DNA from: Eledone cirrhosa
Lineage: Eukaryota
NCBI GenBank assembly: GCA_964016885.1
Contig: OZ024744.1
Location: 72,478,001-72,542,000 of the forward strand
Reading direction: 5' to 3'
DNA length: 64,000 nucleotides
The notes below the pieces were generated by a model, which was not told the DNA's origin, ran no database searches, and saw only the letters and a list, made by a program, of their open reading frames with translations. The translations under genes were made by a program, and so were the position numbers. Of the stretch, positions 26,835 through 41,789 are shown in pieces. Position 1 is the stretch's first letter. Every line of letters starts with the position of its first letter.

Positions 26835-29800
26835 TACTACAAACTCAACAATAACAGCAACAAACACAAAAATAACAGCAATAAACACAACAATAATAGC
26901 AACAAACACAACAATAACAGCAACAAACACAACAATAACAGCAACAAACAGAACAATAACAGCAAGAAACACAACAATAACAGCAACAAACACAACGTCG
27001 ACAGCAATAACCACAACAGCAACAAATACAACAATAACAGCAATAAACATAACGTCGACAGCAATAACAACAAAAATAACAACAATAAACACAACAATAA
27101 CTGCAATAAACACAACATCGACAGCAAGAACAACAATAACAGCAATAAACAACAATAACAGCAACAAACACAACAATAACAGAAACAAAGACAACAATAA
27201 CACCAATAAACACAATAACAGCAACAAACACAACAATAACAGCAACAAACACAACAATAACAGCAATAAACACAACATAGACAGCAATATAGAAATGAAT
27301 AATAACAGCAACAAACACAACAATAACAGCAACACACTCAACAATAACAGCAACAATAACAAAAATAACAGCAACAAACTCAACAATAACAGCAACAAAC
27401 ACAACAATAACCGCAACAAACACAACAATAACAGCAACAAACTCAATAATAACAGCAACAAACACAACAATAACAGCAACAAACTCAACAATAACAGCAA
27501 CAAACACAACAATAACAGCAATAAACACAACAAAAACAGCAACAAACACAACAATAACAGCAACAAACAACAATAACAGCAACAAACTCAACAATAACAG
27601 CAACAAACACAACAATAACCGCAACAAACACAACAATAACAGCAACAAACTCAACAATAACAGCAACAAACACAACAATAACAGCAACAAACTCAACAAT
27701 AACAGCAACAAACACAACAATAACAGCAACAAATACAACAATAACGGCAACAAACTCAACAATAACAGCAACAAACTCAAAAATAACAGCAACAAACACA
27801 ACAATAACACCAATAAACAACAATAACAGCAACAAACTCAACAATAACAGCAACAAACTCAACAACAACAGCAACAAACTCAACAATAACAGCAACAAAC
27901 AAAACAATAACAACAACAAACACAACAATAACAGCAACAACCTCAACAATAAGAGCAACAAACACAACAATAACACCAATAAACAACAATAACAGCAACA
28001 AACACAACAATAACCGCAACAAACACAACAATAACAGCAACAAACTCAACAATAACAGCAACAAACTTAACAATAACAGCAACAAACACAACAATAACCG
28101 CAACAAACACAACAATAACAGCAACGAACTCAATAATAACCGCAACAAACACAACAATAACAGCAACAAACACAACAATAACAGCAACAAACTCAACAAT
28201 AACAGCAACAAACTCAACAATAACAGCAACAAACTCAACAATAAGAGCAACAAACACAACAATAACACCAATAAACAACAATAACAGCAACCAACTCAAC
28301 AATAACAGCAATAAACAACAATAACAGCAACGAACTCAACAATAACCGCAACAAACACAACAATAACAGCAACAAACACAACAATAACAGCAACAAACAA
28401 TAATAACAGCAATAAACACAACAATAACAGCAACAAACACAACAATAACACCAATAAACAACAATAACAATAACAAATTCAACGATAACAGCAATAAACA
28501 ACAATAACAGCAACAAACACAACAATAACAGCAGCAAACACAACAATAACAGCAATAAACACAACAATAACCGCAACAAACACAACAATAACAACAATAA
28601 ACAACAATAAGAGCAACAAACACAACAATAACTCCAATAAAGAACAATAACAGCAACAAACTCAACAATAACAGCAACAAACAACAATAACAGCAAGAAA
28701 CACAACAATAACAGCTGCAAACACAACAATAACCGCAACAAACACAACAATAACAGCAATAAACAACAATAAGAGCAACAAACACAACAATAACAGCAAC
28801 AAACACAACAATAACAGCAACAAACTCAACAATAACAACAACAAACACAACAATAACAGCAATAAACAACACAAAGAGCAACAAACACAACAATAACAGC
28901 AACAAACTCAACAATAACAGCAACAAACACAACAATAACAGCAACAAACTCAACAATAACAACAACAAACACAACAATTACATCAACAAACTCAACAATA
29001 ACAGCAACAAATAACAATTACAGCAACAAACTCAACAATAACAGCAACAAACACAACAATTACAGCAACAATCACAACAATAACACCAATAAACAACAAT
29101 AACAGCAATAAACACATTAACAAGAGCAACAGACACAACAATAACAGCAATAAACACAACAATAACAGCAACAAACACAACAATAACAGCAACAAACTAA
29201 ACAATAAGAGCAACAAACTCAACGATAACAGCAATAAACACAACAATAAGAGCAACAAACTCAACAATAACAGCAACAAACTCAACAATAACAGCAACAA
29301 ACTCAACAATAACAGCAACAAACACAACTATAACAGCAACAAACACAACAATAACAGCAATAAACTCAACAATAACAGCAACAAACTCAACAATAACAAC
29401 AACAAACTCAACAATAACAGCAACAAAAACAATAACAGCAACAAACAACAATAACAGCAACAAACTCAACAATAACAGCAACATCTCAACAATAACAGCA
29501 ACAAACTCAACTATAACAGCAACAAACACAACAATAACAGCAATAAACTCAACAATAACAGCAACAAACACAACAATAACAGCAACAAACAACAATAACA
29601 GCAACAAACAACAATAACAGCAACAAACTCAACAATAAGAGCAACAAACTCAACAATAACAGCAATAAACACAACAATAAGAGCAACAAACTCAACAATA
29701 ACAGCAACAAACTCAACAATAACAGCAACAAACTCAACAATAACAGCAACAAACACAACAATAACAGCAATAAACACAACAAAAACAGCAACAAACACAA

Positions 29801-30539
29801 CAATAACAGCAACAAACAACAATAACAGCAACAAACACAACAATAACCGCAACAAACACAACAATAACAGCAACAAACTCAACAATAACAGCAACAAACA
29901 CAACAATAACAGCAACAAACTCAACAATAACAGCAACAAACACAACAATAACAGCAACAAATACAACAATAACGGCAAAAAACAACAATAACAGCAACAA
30001 ACTCAACTATAACAGCAACAAACACAACAATAACAGCAATAAACTCAACAATAACAGCAACAAACTCAACAATAACAACAACAAACTCAACAATAACAGC
30101 AACAAACACAACAATAACAGCAACAAACACAATAACAGCAACAAACAACAATAACAGCAACAAACTCAACAATAACAGCAACAACTCAACAATAACAGCA
30201 ACAAACTCAACTATAACAGCAACAAACACAACAATAACAGCAATAAACTCAACAATAACCGCAACAAACTCAACAATAACAGCAATAAACAACAATAACA
30301 GCAACAAACTCAACAATAACAGCAACAAACACAACAATAACAGCAACAAACAACAATAACAGCAGCAAACAACAATAACAGCAACAACCTCAACAATAAC
30401 AGCAACAAACTCAACAATAACAGCAACAAACTCAACAATAACAGCAACAAACTCTACAATAACAGCAATAAACAACAATAACAGCAACAAACACAATAAC
30501 AAGAGCAACAACAAACAAGAAAGATAAAAGCGACAATTG

Positions 30540-30554
30540 TGACAACTACTACAG

Positions 30555-30603
<49 letters not shown>

Positions 30604-30692
30604 AATCATCACTATTATTTCCATTATCACCACCACTGCGATTACTATTACAACTACTGCTACTACTAATACTACTACTACTACTACTGCTG

Positions 30693-30741
<49 letters not shown>

Positions 30742-30769
30742 GACTACTACTGCTACTACTGCTACTACG

Positions 30770-30801
<32 letters not shown>

Positions 30802-30827
30802 GACTACTACTGATACTACTGCTACTA

Positions 30828-30859
<32 letters not shown>

Positions 30860-33160
30860 ACTGCTGCTACTACTACTACTGCTACTACTACTACTTCTAC
30901 TACAACTACTACTACTACTACTACTACAACTACTACTACTACTACTACCACTACTACAACAACTACTACGACTACTAGTACTACTGCTGCTGCTGCTACT
31001 ACTGCTGCTGCTGCTACTGCTACCACTATTGTGACGACGACTGTGACTACAACAACAACAACAACAACAACAACAACGGCAGCAACAACAATTGCCACAA
31101 CGACAACGACGACAACAACAACGAAGACAATGATGACGACAACGACGACAACGACGACAACGACGACAACGACGACAACGACGACGACAACGACGACGAC
31201 AACGACGACGACAACGACGACAACGATGACAACGACGACAACGACGACGACAACGACAACGACGACGACGACAACGACGACAACAACGACGACAACTATG
31301 ACAACGATGACGACGACAACGAAGACAATGATGACGACAACGACGACAACAACGACGACGACAACGACGACAACGACGACGACGACAACGACGACAACGA
31401 CGACGACAACGACGACAACGACGACAACGACGACGACAACGACGACAACGAAGACAATGATGACCACAACGACGACAACGACGACGACGACGACAACGAC
31501 GACGACAACAACGACAACGATGACAACGACGACGACAACGATGACAACGACGACGACGACAACGAAGACAATGATGACCACAACGACGACAACAACGACG
31601 ACGACAACGACGACAACGACGACGACGACAACGACGACAACGACGACGACAACGACGACAACGACGACAACGACGACGACAACGACGACAACGACGACAA
31701 CGAAGACAATGATGACCACAACGACGACAACGACGACGACGACGACAACGACGACGACAACAACGACAACGATGACAACGACGACGACAACGATGACAAC
31801 GACGACGACGACAACGAAGACAATGATGACCACAACGACGACAACAACGACGACGACAACGACGACAACGACGACGACGACAACGACGACAACGACGACG
31901 ACAACGACGACAACGACGACAACGACGACGACAACGACGACAACGACGACAACGAAGACAATGATGACCACAACGACGACAACGACGACGACGACGACAA
32001 CGACGACGACAACAACGACAACGATGACAACGACGACGACAACGATGACAACGACGACGACGACAACGAAGACAATGATGACCACAACGACGACAACAAC
32101 GACGACGACAACGACGACAACGACGACGACGACAACGACGACAACGACGACGACAACGACGACAACGACGACAACGACGACGACAACGACGACAACGATG
32201 ACAACGAAGACAATGATGACCACAACGACGACAACGACGACGACGACGACAACGACGACGACAACAACGACAACGATGACAACGACGACGACAACGATGA
32301 CAACGACGACGACGACAACGAAGACAATGATGACCACAACGACGACAACAACGACGACGACAACGACGACAACGACGACGACGACAACGACGACAACGAC
32401 GACGACAACGACGACAACGATGACAACGAAGACAATGATGACCACAACGACGACAACGACTAACAACGACGACAACAACGACGACAACGACGACGACGAC
32501 AACGATGACAACGATGACAACGACGACGACGACAACGAAGACAATGATGACGACAACGACGACAACGATGACAACGACGACGACGACAACGAAGACAATG
32601 ATGACCACAACGACGACAACGACGACGACGACGACAACGACGACGACGACGACAACGATGACAACGACGACGACGACAACGAAGACAATGATGACCACAA
32701 CGACGACAACGACGACGACGACGACAACGACGACGACAACGACGACGACAACAACGACAACGATGACAACGACGACAACGATGACAACGACGACGACGAC
32801 AACGAAGACAATGATGACGACAATGACGACAACGATGACAACGACGACAACGACGACAACGACGACGACAACGACGACGACAACGACGACGACAACGACG
32901 ACAACGATGACAACGACGACGACAACAACGAAGACAATGATGACGACAACGACGACAACGACTAACAACGACGACAACAACGACGACAACGACGACAACG
33001 ACTAACAACGACGACAACAACGACGACAACGACAACAACGACGACGACGACGACAACGACGACGACAACGACGACAACGATAACAACGACGACAACGACG
33101 ACGACAACCGATGACAACAACAACAACGACGACAATGACGACAACGACAACCGATGACAA
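30540..33160. repeat. (ACT)n grading into an (ACG/ACA)n trinucleotide satellite with a 252-bp higher-order repeat
   Basis: The marker aacgaagacaatgatgaccac occurs at 31561, 31813, 32065 and 32317, and at 31699, 31951 and 32203. Confidence 0.92.
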
Positions 33161-33294
33161 GATCATAGCTGAAGCTTGATAAAGAAAAAAAAAGCGGGGT
33201 GGGAATCAAAGAAAGTCAGGTAAACATGCCACAACAGATCTTTTTTTTTTTGCTTTAGTTTTTGTCTTGTCTTGAACGACGATAATTGTTTCAT

Positions 33295-34078
33295 TTGGAT
33301 TGACAGTATCGGTAGAGGATCAGACGCCATGCTTTGCAGCACAGATTTATGGCCCTTTACGGTCTGTGTTCAAATCCCGACGAGGTTAACTTTGCCTTTC
33401 ATCCTTACGGGGGGGGGGGGGGCTCGATAAAATAAAGTACCAGTAATACACTAGGATAATTGCTGGCCTTGTGCCAAAAGTAGAAACACTTATTATCATG
33501 GTGAATTGGCAGTATCGGTAGAGGGTCGGACGCCATGTATGAAGCATAGTGTTACGTCCTTTTATGATCTGAGTTCAAATCCCGCCGAAGTTAAATTACA
33601 GGGCCGATAAAATAAACTACCAGTAACGTACTGGAGTCAATTTAATCGACTTTTCCCCTCACCCAAAATTACTGTCCTTGTGCCTAAAGTAGAAATCATT
33701 ATTGTGGATTGGCAGTATCGGTAGAGGGTCAGACGCCATGTTTTGAAGCATAGAGTTACGGCCCTTTTACGATCTGAGTTCAAATCCCGCCGAGGTTGAC
33801 TTTGCCTTTCATCCTTACGGGGTCGATAAAATAAAGTACCAGTAATGCACTGAGTAATTGCTGGCCTTGTGCCTAAAGTAGAAACAATTATTATTGGCAG
33901 TATCGGTAGAGGATCGGACGCCATGCTTTGAAGCATAGAGTTACTTCCCTGTATGATCTGAGTTCAAATCCCGCCGAGGTTGACTTTGCCTTTCATCCTT
34001 ACGGGGTCGATAAAATAAAGTACCAGTAATGCACTGGGTTATTGCTGGCCTTGTGCCAAAAGTAGAAACAATTATTAT
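33295..34078 (+). mobile_element. Head-to-tail array of four SINE copies
   Basis: Units start near 33295, 33500, 33703 and 33894, and each ends in agtagaaa(c/t)-attatt. Confidence 0.85.
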
Positions 34079-34224
34079 CGACATAAATTTCACAAACATT
34101 AGTGTACAATGACAACGACGATAGCAGGGACAGGGCGTGGTCGGGAGGGGCGAAATAAAGAGGAGCATGGGGACAATATCTGAGGGTGGGGGGGGGGGGG
34201 GATATCTCGATAGCAACAATTTTT

Positions 34225-35040
34225 TAATAATTGTTTCTACTTTTGGCACAAGGCCTACAATTTTGGCGGGGTCGATTAAATCGACACCAGTGCATTACTG
34301 GTACTTTATTATATCGACCCCGTAAGGATGAAAGGCAAAGCTAACCTCGGCGGTATTTGAACTCAGATCATAAAAGGTCGTAACTGTATGTCGCAAAGTC
34401 TATTGACTGACGTTCTACCGATACAGCTGATCTATGATTTCTAATTTAGGCAACAACAAGGCCAGCAATTTCGATGATAAGTGAAAAATCTGTTAAATCA
34501 ACCCCAGTACGTAACTGATACTTTATATTATCGATCCCGGAAAGATGAAAGTCAAAAATTGACCTCGGCGGATTGGAACTTAGAACGTAATAATAATTGA
34601 CCTCGGCGGGATCGGAACTTTGAATGTAATAATAATTGTTTCTACTTTTGGCACAAGGCCAGCAATTATCCCAGTGCATTACTGGTACTTTATTTTATCG
34701 ACCCCGTAAGGATGAAAATGGTTTCTGTTTTGGGCACATGTCCAACAATACAGGAGGAGGGAGGGAGGAAGGGAGGGGCGAGTCGATTAAATCGACCCCA
34801 GTGCATTACTGGTATTTTATTTTATCGACCCCGGAAGGTTGAAAGGCAAAGTTGGCCTCGGTGGGATTTGAACTAAGAAAGTGAGTGGCGGTATTAAATG
34901 CCGCAAAATATTTTTGTCCAGCGTTCAAACGATTTTGCATATCAAATGGGATTTTTAATTTAGGCACAAGGCCAGCTATTTTTGAACTGAGAGAAAAATC
35001 TATTTGTAATGACACCAGTACTTGATTGATACTTTATTTT
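34225..35040 (-). mobile_element. Cluster of about five full or partial SINE copies in the opposite orientation
   Basis: Repeated ggcacaaggcc...tttatcgacccc...gatgaaag segments. Confidence 0.8.
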
Positions 35041-35179
35041 ATAAGGTTTATTCAAATATTGAATATATATAAGCAAATAAAAACAGTAACAAAATGTAGA
35101 CACCATCCCAAGGCCGAGGTATTCCGTACTTCTCTGTACTGTTTCAGAAAGGAGGGATAAACATGCCAATCTATGTTTA

Positions 35180-35211
35180 GAAGCCGAGCAACGCCGGGCC
35201 ATTCTGCTAGT
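35180..35211 (+). mobile_element. Helitron-like 3' terminus
   Basis: GC hairpin ccgagcaacgccgg is followed about 9 nt later by CTAG|T (35207-35211). Confidence 0.55.
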
Positions 35212-35372
35212 AAGCAAATAAAAACGGTCCGATTTACGCGAAACTTGTTTTATTCCATTTGTATTCCCATTTCAGAGGCAACTTCCTTTCAAAGTATTTT
35301 CCCATTATGCGCCCTTTTGGTTGTATTACATTGCAGACAAGCGAGAAAGCAATCACAGACTAATAGTATTAT

Positions 35373-35490
<118 letters not shown>

Positions 35491-35545
35491 GTGTGTGTGT
35501 GCGCGTGTGCGTGTGTGTGTATGTGCGCGTGTGTGTGTGTTTGTA

Positions 35546-35585
<40 letters not shown>

Positions 35586-35636
35586 TGTGTTTGTGTGAAT
35601 GTATGTGTATATATATATAGATAGAGAGATAGATAG

Positions 35637-35720
<84 letters not shown>

Positions 35721-35880
35721 CAGAGAGAGAGGTTTAATCCCGAACGCGGTGCCAAACGGTCTCAGCTTGTGTATTCAGCAGTTGGGCTTATTACCTATCT
35801 CTATACCCACTCTGATTCTCGCCATGCACTGAGTTCTTCCCTGATTGGTGGTCTCTTCAGTCTCGGCACCACAGACTCTC

Positions 35881-35942
<62 letters not shown>

Positions 35943-36125
35943 TCTCCCCCCTCTCTCTCTCTCTTTCTTTCTCTCTCTCTCTCTCTGTATATATATATAT
36001 GTGTGTGTGTGTATGTGCGTATATAGCCATAATCTACTACCCCAAGGATCGAGTACCCCGGTTGAGTAATGGTTAACCAGCTTCAAACTGAATCTAACCG
36101 GATATATATATATATATATATATAA

Positions 36126-36365
36126 GTGACACAGAGGAGACTGAGGTTAGCTGGACATGCTCACCGACATCCAGAGTTGACATTGCACTTAGTACTCCTT
36201 TGGGAGCCCCTACATGGACACACTAGAAGTGGAAGACCAAGGTTAACGTATATTGATGCCCTAAGGACAGACACTGGTCTGTTGGAGACGCAGGACATGG
36301 CAGCGATAATGAGGGACAGAGACTCTGGAGAGAACTCGTCCATGGATCTCGGGAATTTTACCCGC
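36126..36365 (+). mobile_element. RTE-clade LINE 3' fragment
   Basis: RRLRLAGH..HPE..LVLLWEP..GRPRLTYID..MRDR, typical of the RTE C-terminus. It is flanked by (TA)n. Confidence 0.75.
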
Positions 36366-36368
36366 CTT

Positions 36369-36460
<92 letters not shown>

Positions 36461-37169
36461 ATATATTGGTTAAGAAAATCAGGTTTTACATTAGTCAATT
36501 TTTATATAAATAAATTATTTTCACGTCTCGACAATTTTTTAGCGCCCAATGTATCAGGTAGTATTTTAGACGACATTTTTCATTGTTTCAATTAACAGGG
36601 AAATATATATTTAAAATATTTACATGTCTATATATCAGAGATCTGTAAATATATATATAGACATTTAAGCATTCTCGGTTACCTCTATATACAGCTATAA
36701 TATTATATACTTCAGCTCCTTGGCGCCAATAATATATATATATATATATATACATCATTTATGTTAGGTTGTTTACCAATGGGTGGAACTGGTGATTCTG
36801 GTTAGTAAACGATGATGCAATGATTTAATAAATAAAAGCACTCGACGTTATGCAGATGAATCATCGCAGATGTGTTATCGAGTGGTTGGTGCAGGAAGCG
36901 GGTAAAATATTCAATAAAAACAACAGAATGCCGGACTGGAAACTTGGAAACTTTGACATTTTAATTCCGCGAAAACATTATACTTATTTCAATGGCCCAG
37001 CGTTGTCTTCCAAATATGATGCAAAACGCATGTGATTTCACCAGAAGTTAATTTCGGAATAAGTTATATAAGAGAATATGATTTTGGTGATCACAAACAG
37101 AGAATTAAAAAAATAGAAAATAGAGGACCGATTTTGATTCGGGGCTGACCTGCCGTTTCAATAACACGA

Positions 37170-37890
37170 TGTCCGACTTGCATTTGATAGGATTGATACC
37201 GAGTGCTGCATGGCTGGAATGAAAGTCAGTGCTGCGAAAACTGAGATTCTCGGCCTCTCAATGAAGCATGTGCAGGCAGCACACTCTACGTATGAATGGA
37301 GTTCCACTGAAGCAGTTGGAGGACTTCAAGTATATTGGGGATATGTTCACACGTGATGGAAGACAGAAGGCTGAATTAAGTGCAAGAATTCCGGGAGCTG
37401 GTGCAGAAATGCTCTATCTTCAACATTCGGTCATCAAAAGAAAGGAGGTAGGTGTAAAAGCCAAACTCGCTATCTTCAATTCAGTATTCGTGCTAACCCT
37501 AACCTATGGCCATGGATCTTGGGTAATGGCCGAAAGAATACGGTCGTGAACACCAGCGCCTGAAATGGGGTTCCTCCGAATGTTCTCGTTACTCGATAGA
37601 TTACATAGCTCGGAAATAAGAGAGTCACTCCAGGTAAAGCCGCTACTTCTCCAAATTGAGAGATCCCGGCTCCGATACTGCGGACATGTGGTTAGAATGT
37701 CTCAGGAAAGAATGGATAAACAGATTTTACGGGCAAAATCAGCCGGCTTGTCACGCTAGGGGATCCAGCCGGATCCGTTGGAAAGGGTTTCCTCAGACAT
37801 GACCCGCTGGAAGAAGTGTTTGAGGACTCTGCCGACACGACCCTCTCAGCAATAATGGCGAAGAGGTTTCCAGTCCGGCGCCTTCTATTG
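37170..37890 (+). mobile_element. RTE-clade LINE fragment (RT thumb and C-terminus)
   Basis: GMKVSAAKTE, LKQLEDFKYIG, KAKLAIFNSVFVLTLTYGHGSW and RSRLRYCGHVVRM. Confidence 0.8.
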
Positions 37891-37920
37891 CTGTTTTTAA
37901 TGAGTATATAAATACATACA

Positions 37921-38022
<102 letters not shown>

Positions 38023-38609
38023 TATATATATATATAATATATTTTCACTAGCTCTGTCAGTTGGCAGGTAAGCAGTAAACTGCACTGTTGAAGGGTAAGA
38101 AACACTAGTGTCTGCAGTTCTGTTTGCAAGCCAACACAAGAGTGAGAATGAGGGGCTGACTCTACTGACATGGCTTATAAAAGGGGCTTTTTGCATAATT
38201 GCAAACGTATCGAATATTATTAATATTCGAACTCAGATTACATTTATATATACACACACACATATATATATATATATACACACACATAAACTCCCGGAAA
38301 CTTCACAATCAACTTGGTTTCTGTTTCAAATACAACGATCTATGTTTACTTGCACCATCATCTACGTGCTAAACTACCTCATAATAGAGACCTGTCAATG
38401 GGGACTCAATCCACACAATACATGATATTATATATAAAATTACTGCAAAAACATTATAACACAGTGGCGACCGATTTCATTTTATTTCTTCTTTGGTCCG
38501 CCTCACTTGCACGAAGTTTGGTTCGTGTGAGTGTGAGATTGGTTGTTGTTGAGTATATTTTGTTTATGTGGGTAGCTGTAGTTATGGTAGTGTTGGTGGC
38601 ACTGATTGT

Positions 38610-38765
38610 TGTGTTGACGATTCGGAGTAGTAGCGGCTCTACCTGGAGTGATTCTCTAATCTCCGAGCTATGCACTCCATCGTGTAACGTTACACCAAAG
38701 ACCGTTCGGGGAATCCCATTTCGGCTGCTTGTATTCGCGATCGTATTCTTTCAGTCATTACCATC
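38610..38765 (-). mobile_element. Short RTE fragment related to 37520-37660
   Basis: HSSEIRESLQVEPLLLRI matches HSSEIRESLQVKPLLLQI. Confidence 0.7.
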
Positions 38766-39062
38766 TTAAGAGGGTGGAAAGTCTGAGTGTATGCAGTTAT
38801 TCATTATTTTGAAAATTTGGAGGTGAACAACAATTATTATTGAGTGGCTGCTATTTGCAGTATAGCGATATAAGGTTGCACTTACCTATGAAACGGTCGT
38901 AAACACCTGGATAAAATCCTTTTTTTAATGCTTACCTGTGTTTTCTCTTTTATTCCTTATACTCCAGGATTGAACGTGATTCTTACAAACTTGTGGAGTT
39001 ACCCCTAACCGTACGTTGAAACCGTCCATGAACTGGATTACAATAAGCAATTTTCTGCTTCC

Positions 39063-39139
<77 letters not shown>

Positions 39140-39333
39140 GAGGTTATATTTAATTTGTTGAGATACAACAAGCAAAATATTTTTATAACTGATATAAAGC
39201 ACTCAACAAATTATTGGAGTAAATATACAATATATTAACAAATCTAATAACTCCACTATCCAGGAGATTCCAACCAGAATGGTTGATTTTTTCAGGGTAT
39301 GTCAATATTTATTTATAAAACTAACCTATATTA

Positions 39334-39398
39334 TATTTTATCTGATGAAAGCGCACCATAGCTTGTTTTGTGGCCCTTGAAATATGTATAATGAAATA
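39334..39398 (+). ncRNA. Type I hammerhead ribozyme motif, second copy
   Basis: tattttat CTGATGA aag..ctt GAAA tatgta TA atgaaata. Stem I is kept with one G-U pair, and predicted cleavage is after 39390. Confidence 0.68.
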
Positions 39399-39559
39399 AA
39401 TATGGTTTCCATTTGTTAATATATTGTATGTATATATATATATATATACGATTAAAAAATGCTCCATTTTTTATTTTTGTCTACAATATTCATTTTTTGA
39501 CAAAAACTTTAGTTCCAACCATTAAAAACAACATATCAAAACTTATTATCTTCTAATGT

Positions 39560-40100
39560 TTCTGTCTAGTGTCCATGTAATCCCCATTTAAATCAATGCA
39601 TTCGTTGGGGAGGCACATGATGAATTTTAACGTAATATCTTCCCTGATGTTTTCTATTAGCTTATTTCTTTTAGTTCATTGATGATCCTCAGTTTGTTAA
39701 TATATGTATTCGATCCTTCAGATAGCTCCAAATATAAAAATCTGTGGGACATAAATCAAGGCTGTTTGGGGCTCACTCAGAAACTGATCATACAATTTCC
39801 AAAGATTTTTTCAGTCTCTCATGGTCTGTGAACATACCGGGCGACACTGCTATCATCAGTGCGACACTATCCATAGCCTTCTTTCTCTGTTGGGCACTTG
39901 ACGAATGACCTTAATACTGCTGTCCTCATATCTATTTCTTTCTATGACGTAATCTCATGACTAATATTAGGTAAAATGTTCATGTGTTTCTTGAAGAAAC
40001 CTCCAATCCATTTAAGTTTTTTAATGATTTAAGTAGAATGATTGAAAAACTGTGGACCTTTGAGCCCTAACTGGCTCTCCTTTGAGTTGGAGAGGTTGGA
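39560..40100 (-). mobile_element. Tc1/mariner transposase relic
   Basis: PNSLDLCPTDFYIWSYLKDRI resembles the SPDLxPxDFFLWGYLKxxVY motif. The left and right limits are uncertain. Confidence 0.5.
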
Positions 40101-40859
40101 TAATTTTGTACTACGCTGTGGTTACCACTTTGAGGGTTAATGCTGCTCTCTATATCAACGAAATTTTCGCCAGCCCCGGCGGGATATTCCATATATATCT
40201 CATTGCATATATTTTATAGCTTCGCTCAAGAAAGTCGAGTTTTGTTTCCTTCAGTGTCTCTCTTTAGTTCGTCTGTTTCAGTGAGGTAATCTTTTTGGTA
40301 TAACAGGTTTGGACTGCTTCGATTTCCGCACTGTTATAAGAAATAAGTCCAGACAGCTGAAAATTCACGGATAATTCACGGAATTATCATGATTTCCTGG
40401 CCTCCCATTCTGAGTGATCTTAGAATCAATCTGGCCAGTCGACTGCATAGTGTATCCATCTTAGTAATTTAGAAATAAAATGATGTCCCATCACTCATAC
40501 CGACCCCCATGTGTAATACTGATTAGGATTGTGATTTTAAACCTTTCTAGTCCAGATTTTCCATCATTAACTTCCATGTTTCCATTTAAGCCCACTTACA
40601 TATTTCATTTTTGATCTTGCTGTATGTATCTTTAGCGTTCTTTCATATCATCAGTGTAGATGTGAGACTATTGAAAAGTTCAGGAACTTTGATCCCTAAA
40701 CAACTGAAAGTATGTCTGAGAGAGCAACGGCATCAGAACACTTTCTTGAAATCTCCACCTTTTGCCATTGAGATGGCTCTGTTTACTGCAACTGCCCGAC
40801 CTTTACATTTCAAGATGTCATGCAGCTACTTTACTGTGCTGAGACCACACAGTTTGTGA

Positions 40860-41130
40860 CGCATTATTCCATGATTAACTTTATCAAAGGTTGCAACGTC
40901 GTGATATATTACATGCATTATCAACTTTATCAAAGGTCTTCGCTAAGTCGAGATATACAAAATCGTAGATGTTAAGCAGCTGTTTTAACCTAAAATCGTA
41001 TTGCTGTAACAGTTGTAGAATTTAGCAGGTCATTTTATTCCAAGAACGTAATCGGCTTCCATCTATTAACTCGTTTCATGATTTTGCTGATATGTGAGTT
41101 CAGAAATATAGGCCTGCAGCTTTTAGCATT
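40860..41130 (-). mobile_element. CR1/Jockey-type RT relic
   Basis: RPIFLNSHISKIMKRV and VYLDLAKTFDKV on the minus strand. Confidence 0.6.
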
Positions 41131-41349
41131 TATATTGAACAAAACATATTATATCCTCTTTTAACACACACACTGTGCTTTGAGGGGGAGGGGGGGGGGG
41201 TCGTTTTGCATATATGCACTTATAGTCATATGCTTATGCTTATGTAACGTAATACAGAACTCCACCCTCCATTCCACACTCCCCAAGACCCGCACCATCG
41301 ACCACGCCCTCTCATAAACCTTTCTTCTTTGTAATCCTTTCGATCCTTC

Positions 41350-41650
41350 TCTTCACCGTGGGTGAAAGGTGGGTGAGAGAAGCGAGCATCGCATGAGTGA
41401 ATGCACCTATAGACTGGAGGAGGTCGACTGGAGGAGGGTGATTGCCCTTACGGTTAGGGTGACCGTGGATTTTGTTGGCTTTCTCCACGAGTGACTCTCG
41501 AAAGTCTCCCCCTATTGGGGACTTTTGTGCTTTAGTTTTTTAGTAGTCTTGTTTTCTGTTATCGTCTTTTTTTTTTTAAGAAAAAAACTCCACATTTTAC
41601 CGTCTTGTGCCACCCTGATTTCTCTTTGTAAACACTTTGTAGTTAATAGC
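41350..41650 (+). mobile_element. L1/Tx1 3'-end fragment
   Basis: RWVREASI and the 3'UTR motif gaaagtctcccctattgggga are shared with the other copies. Confidence 0.65.
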
Positions 41651-41789
41651 GAAATCATTACTATTATAACTAGTATTTTGAATTTTATGGATCAGATCAG
41701 TCATTGTTGTTATTTAACCGAAAAATTTGCCCAAACAAACATCAAGCCGTTACTTGCAGCCTCAGATATTCAGGATGTATCGGAAGGCC

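Larger units (their letters stand above)
24717..30515. repeat. AAC-derived minisatellite (18-21 bp unit aacaataacagcaacaaac[a/t]c), interrupted at 25340-26834
   Basis: Direct tandem repetition is visible in the sequence. Confidence 0.95.

Noticed and set aside
29921-32998. ORFs of 800-1025 aa (poly-T, poly-V, poly-D and CRR repeats)
   Set aside because: They are open in several frames on both strands because of the trinucleotide satellite. There is no unique domain or splice evidence.
33295-34078. CRISPR-like regularly spaced repeats
   Set aside because: The units are about 195-bp SINEs with no unique spacers, the context is eukaryotic and there are no cas genes.
36480-36560. Possible minus-strand hammerhead (ctgatac...gagac)
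   Set aside because: The core deviates from CUGANGA/GAAA and the stems are not supported.
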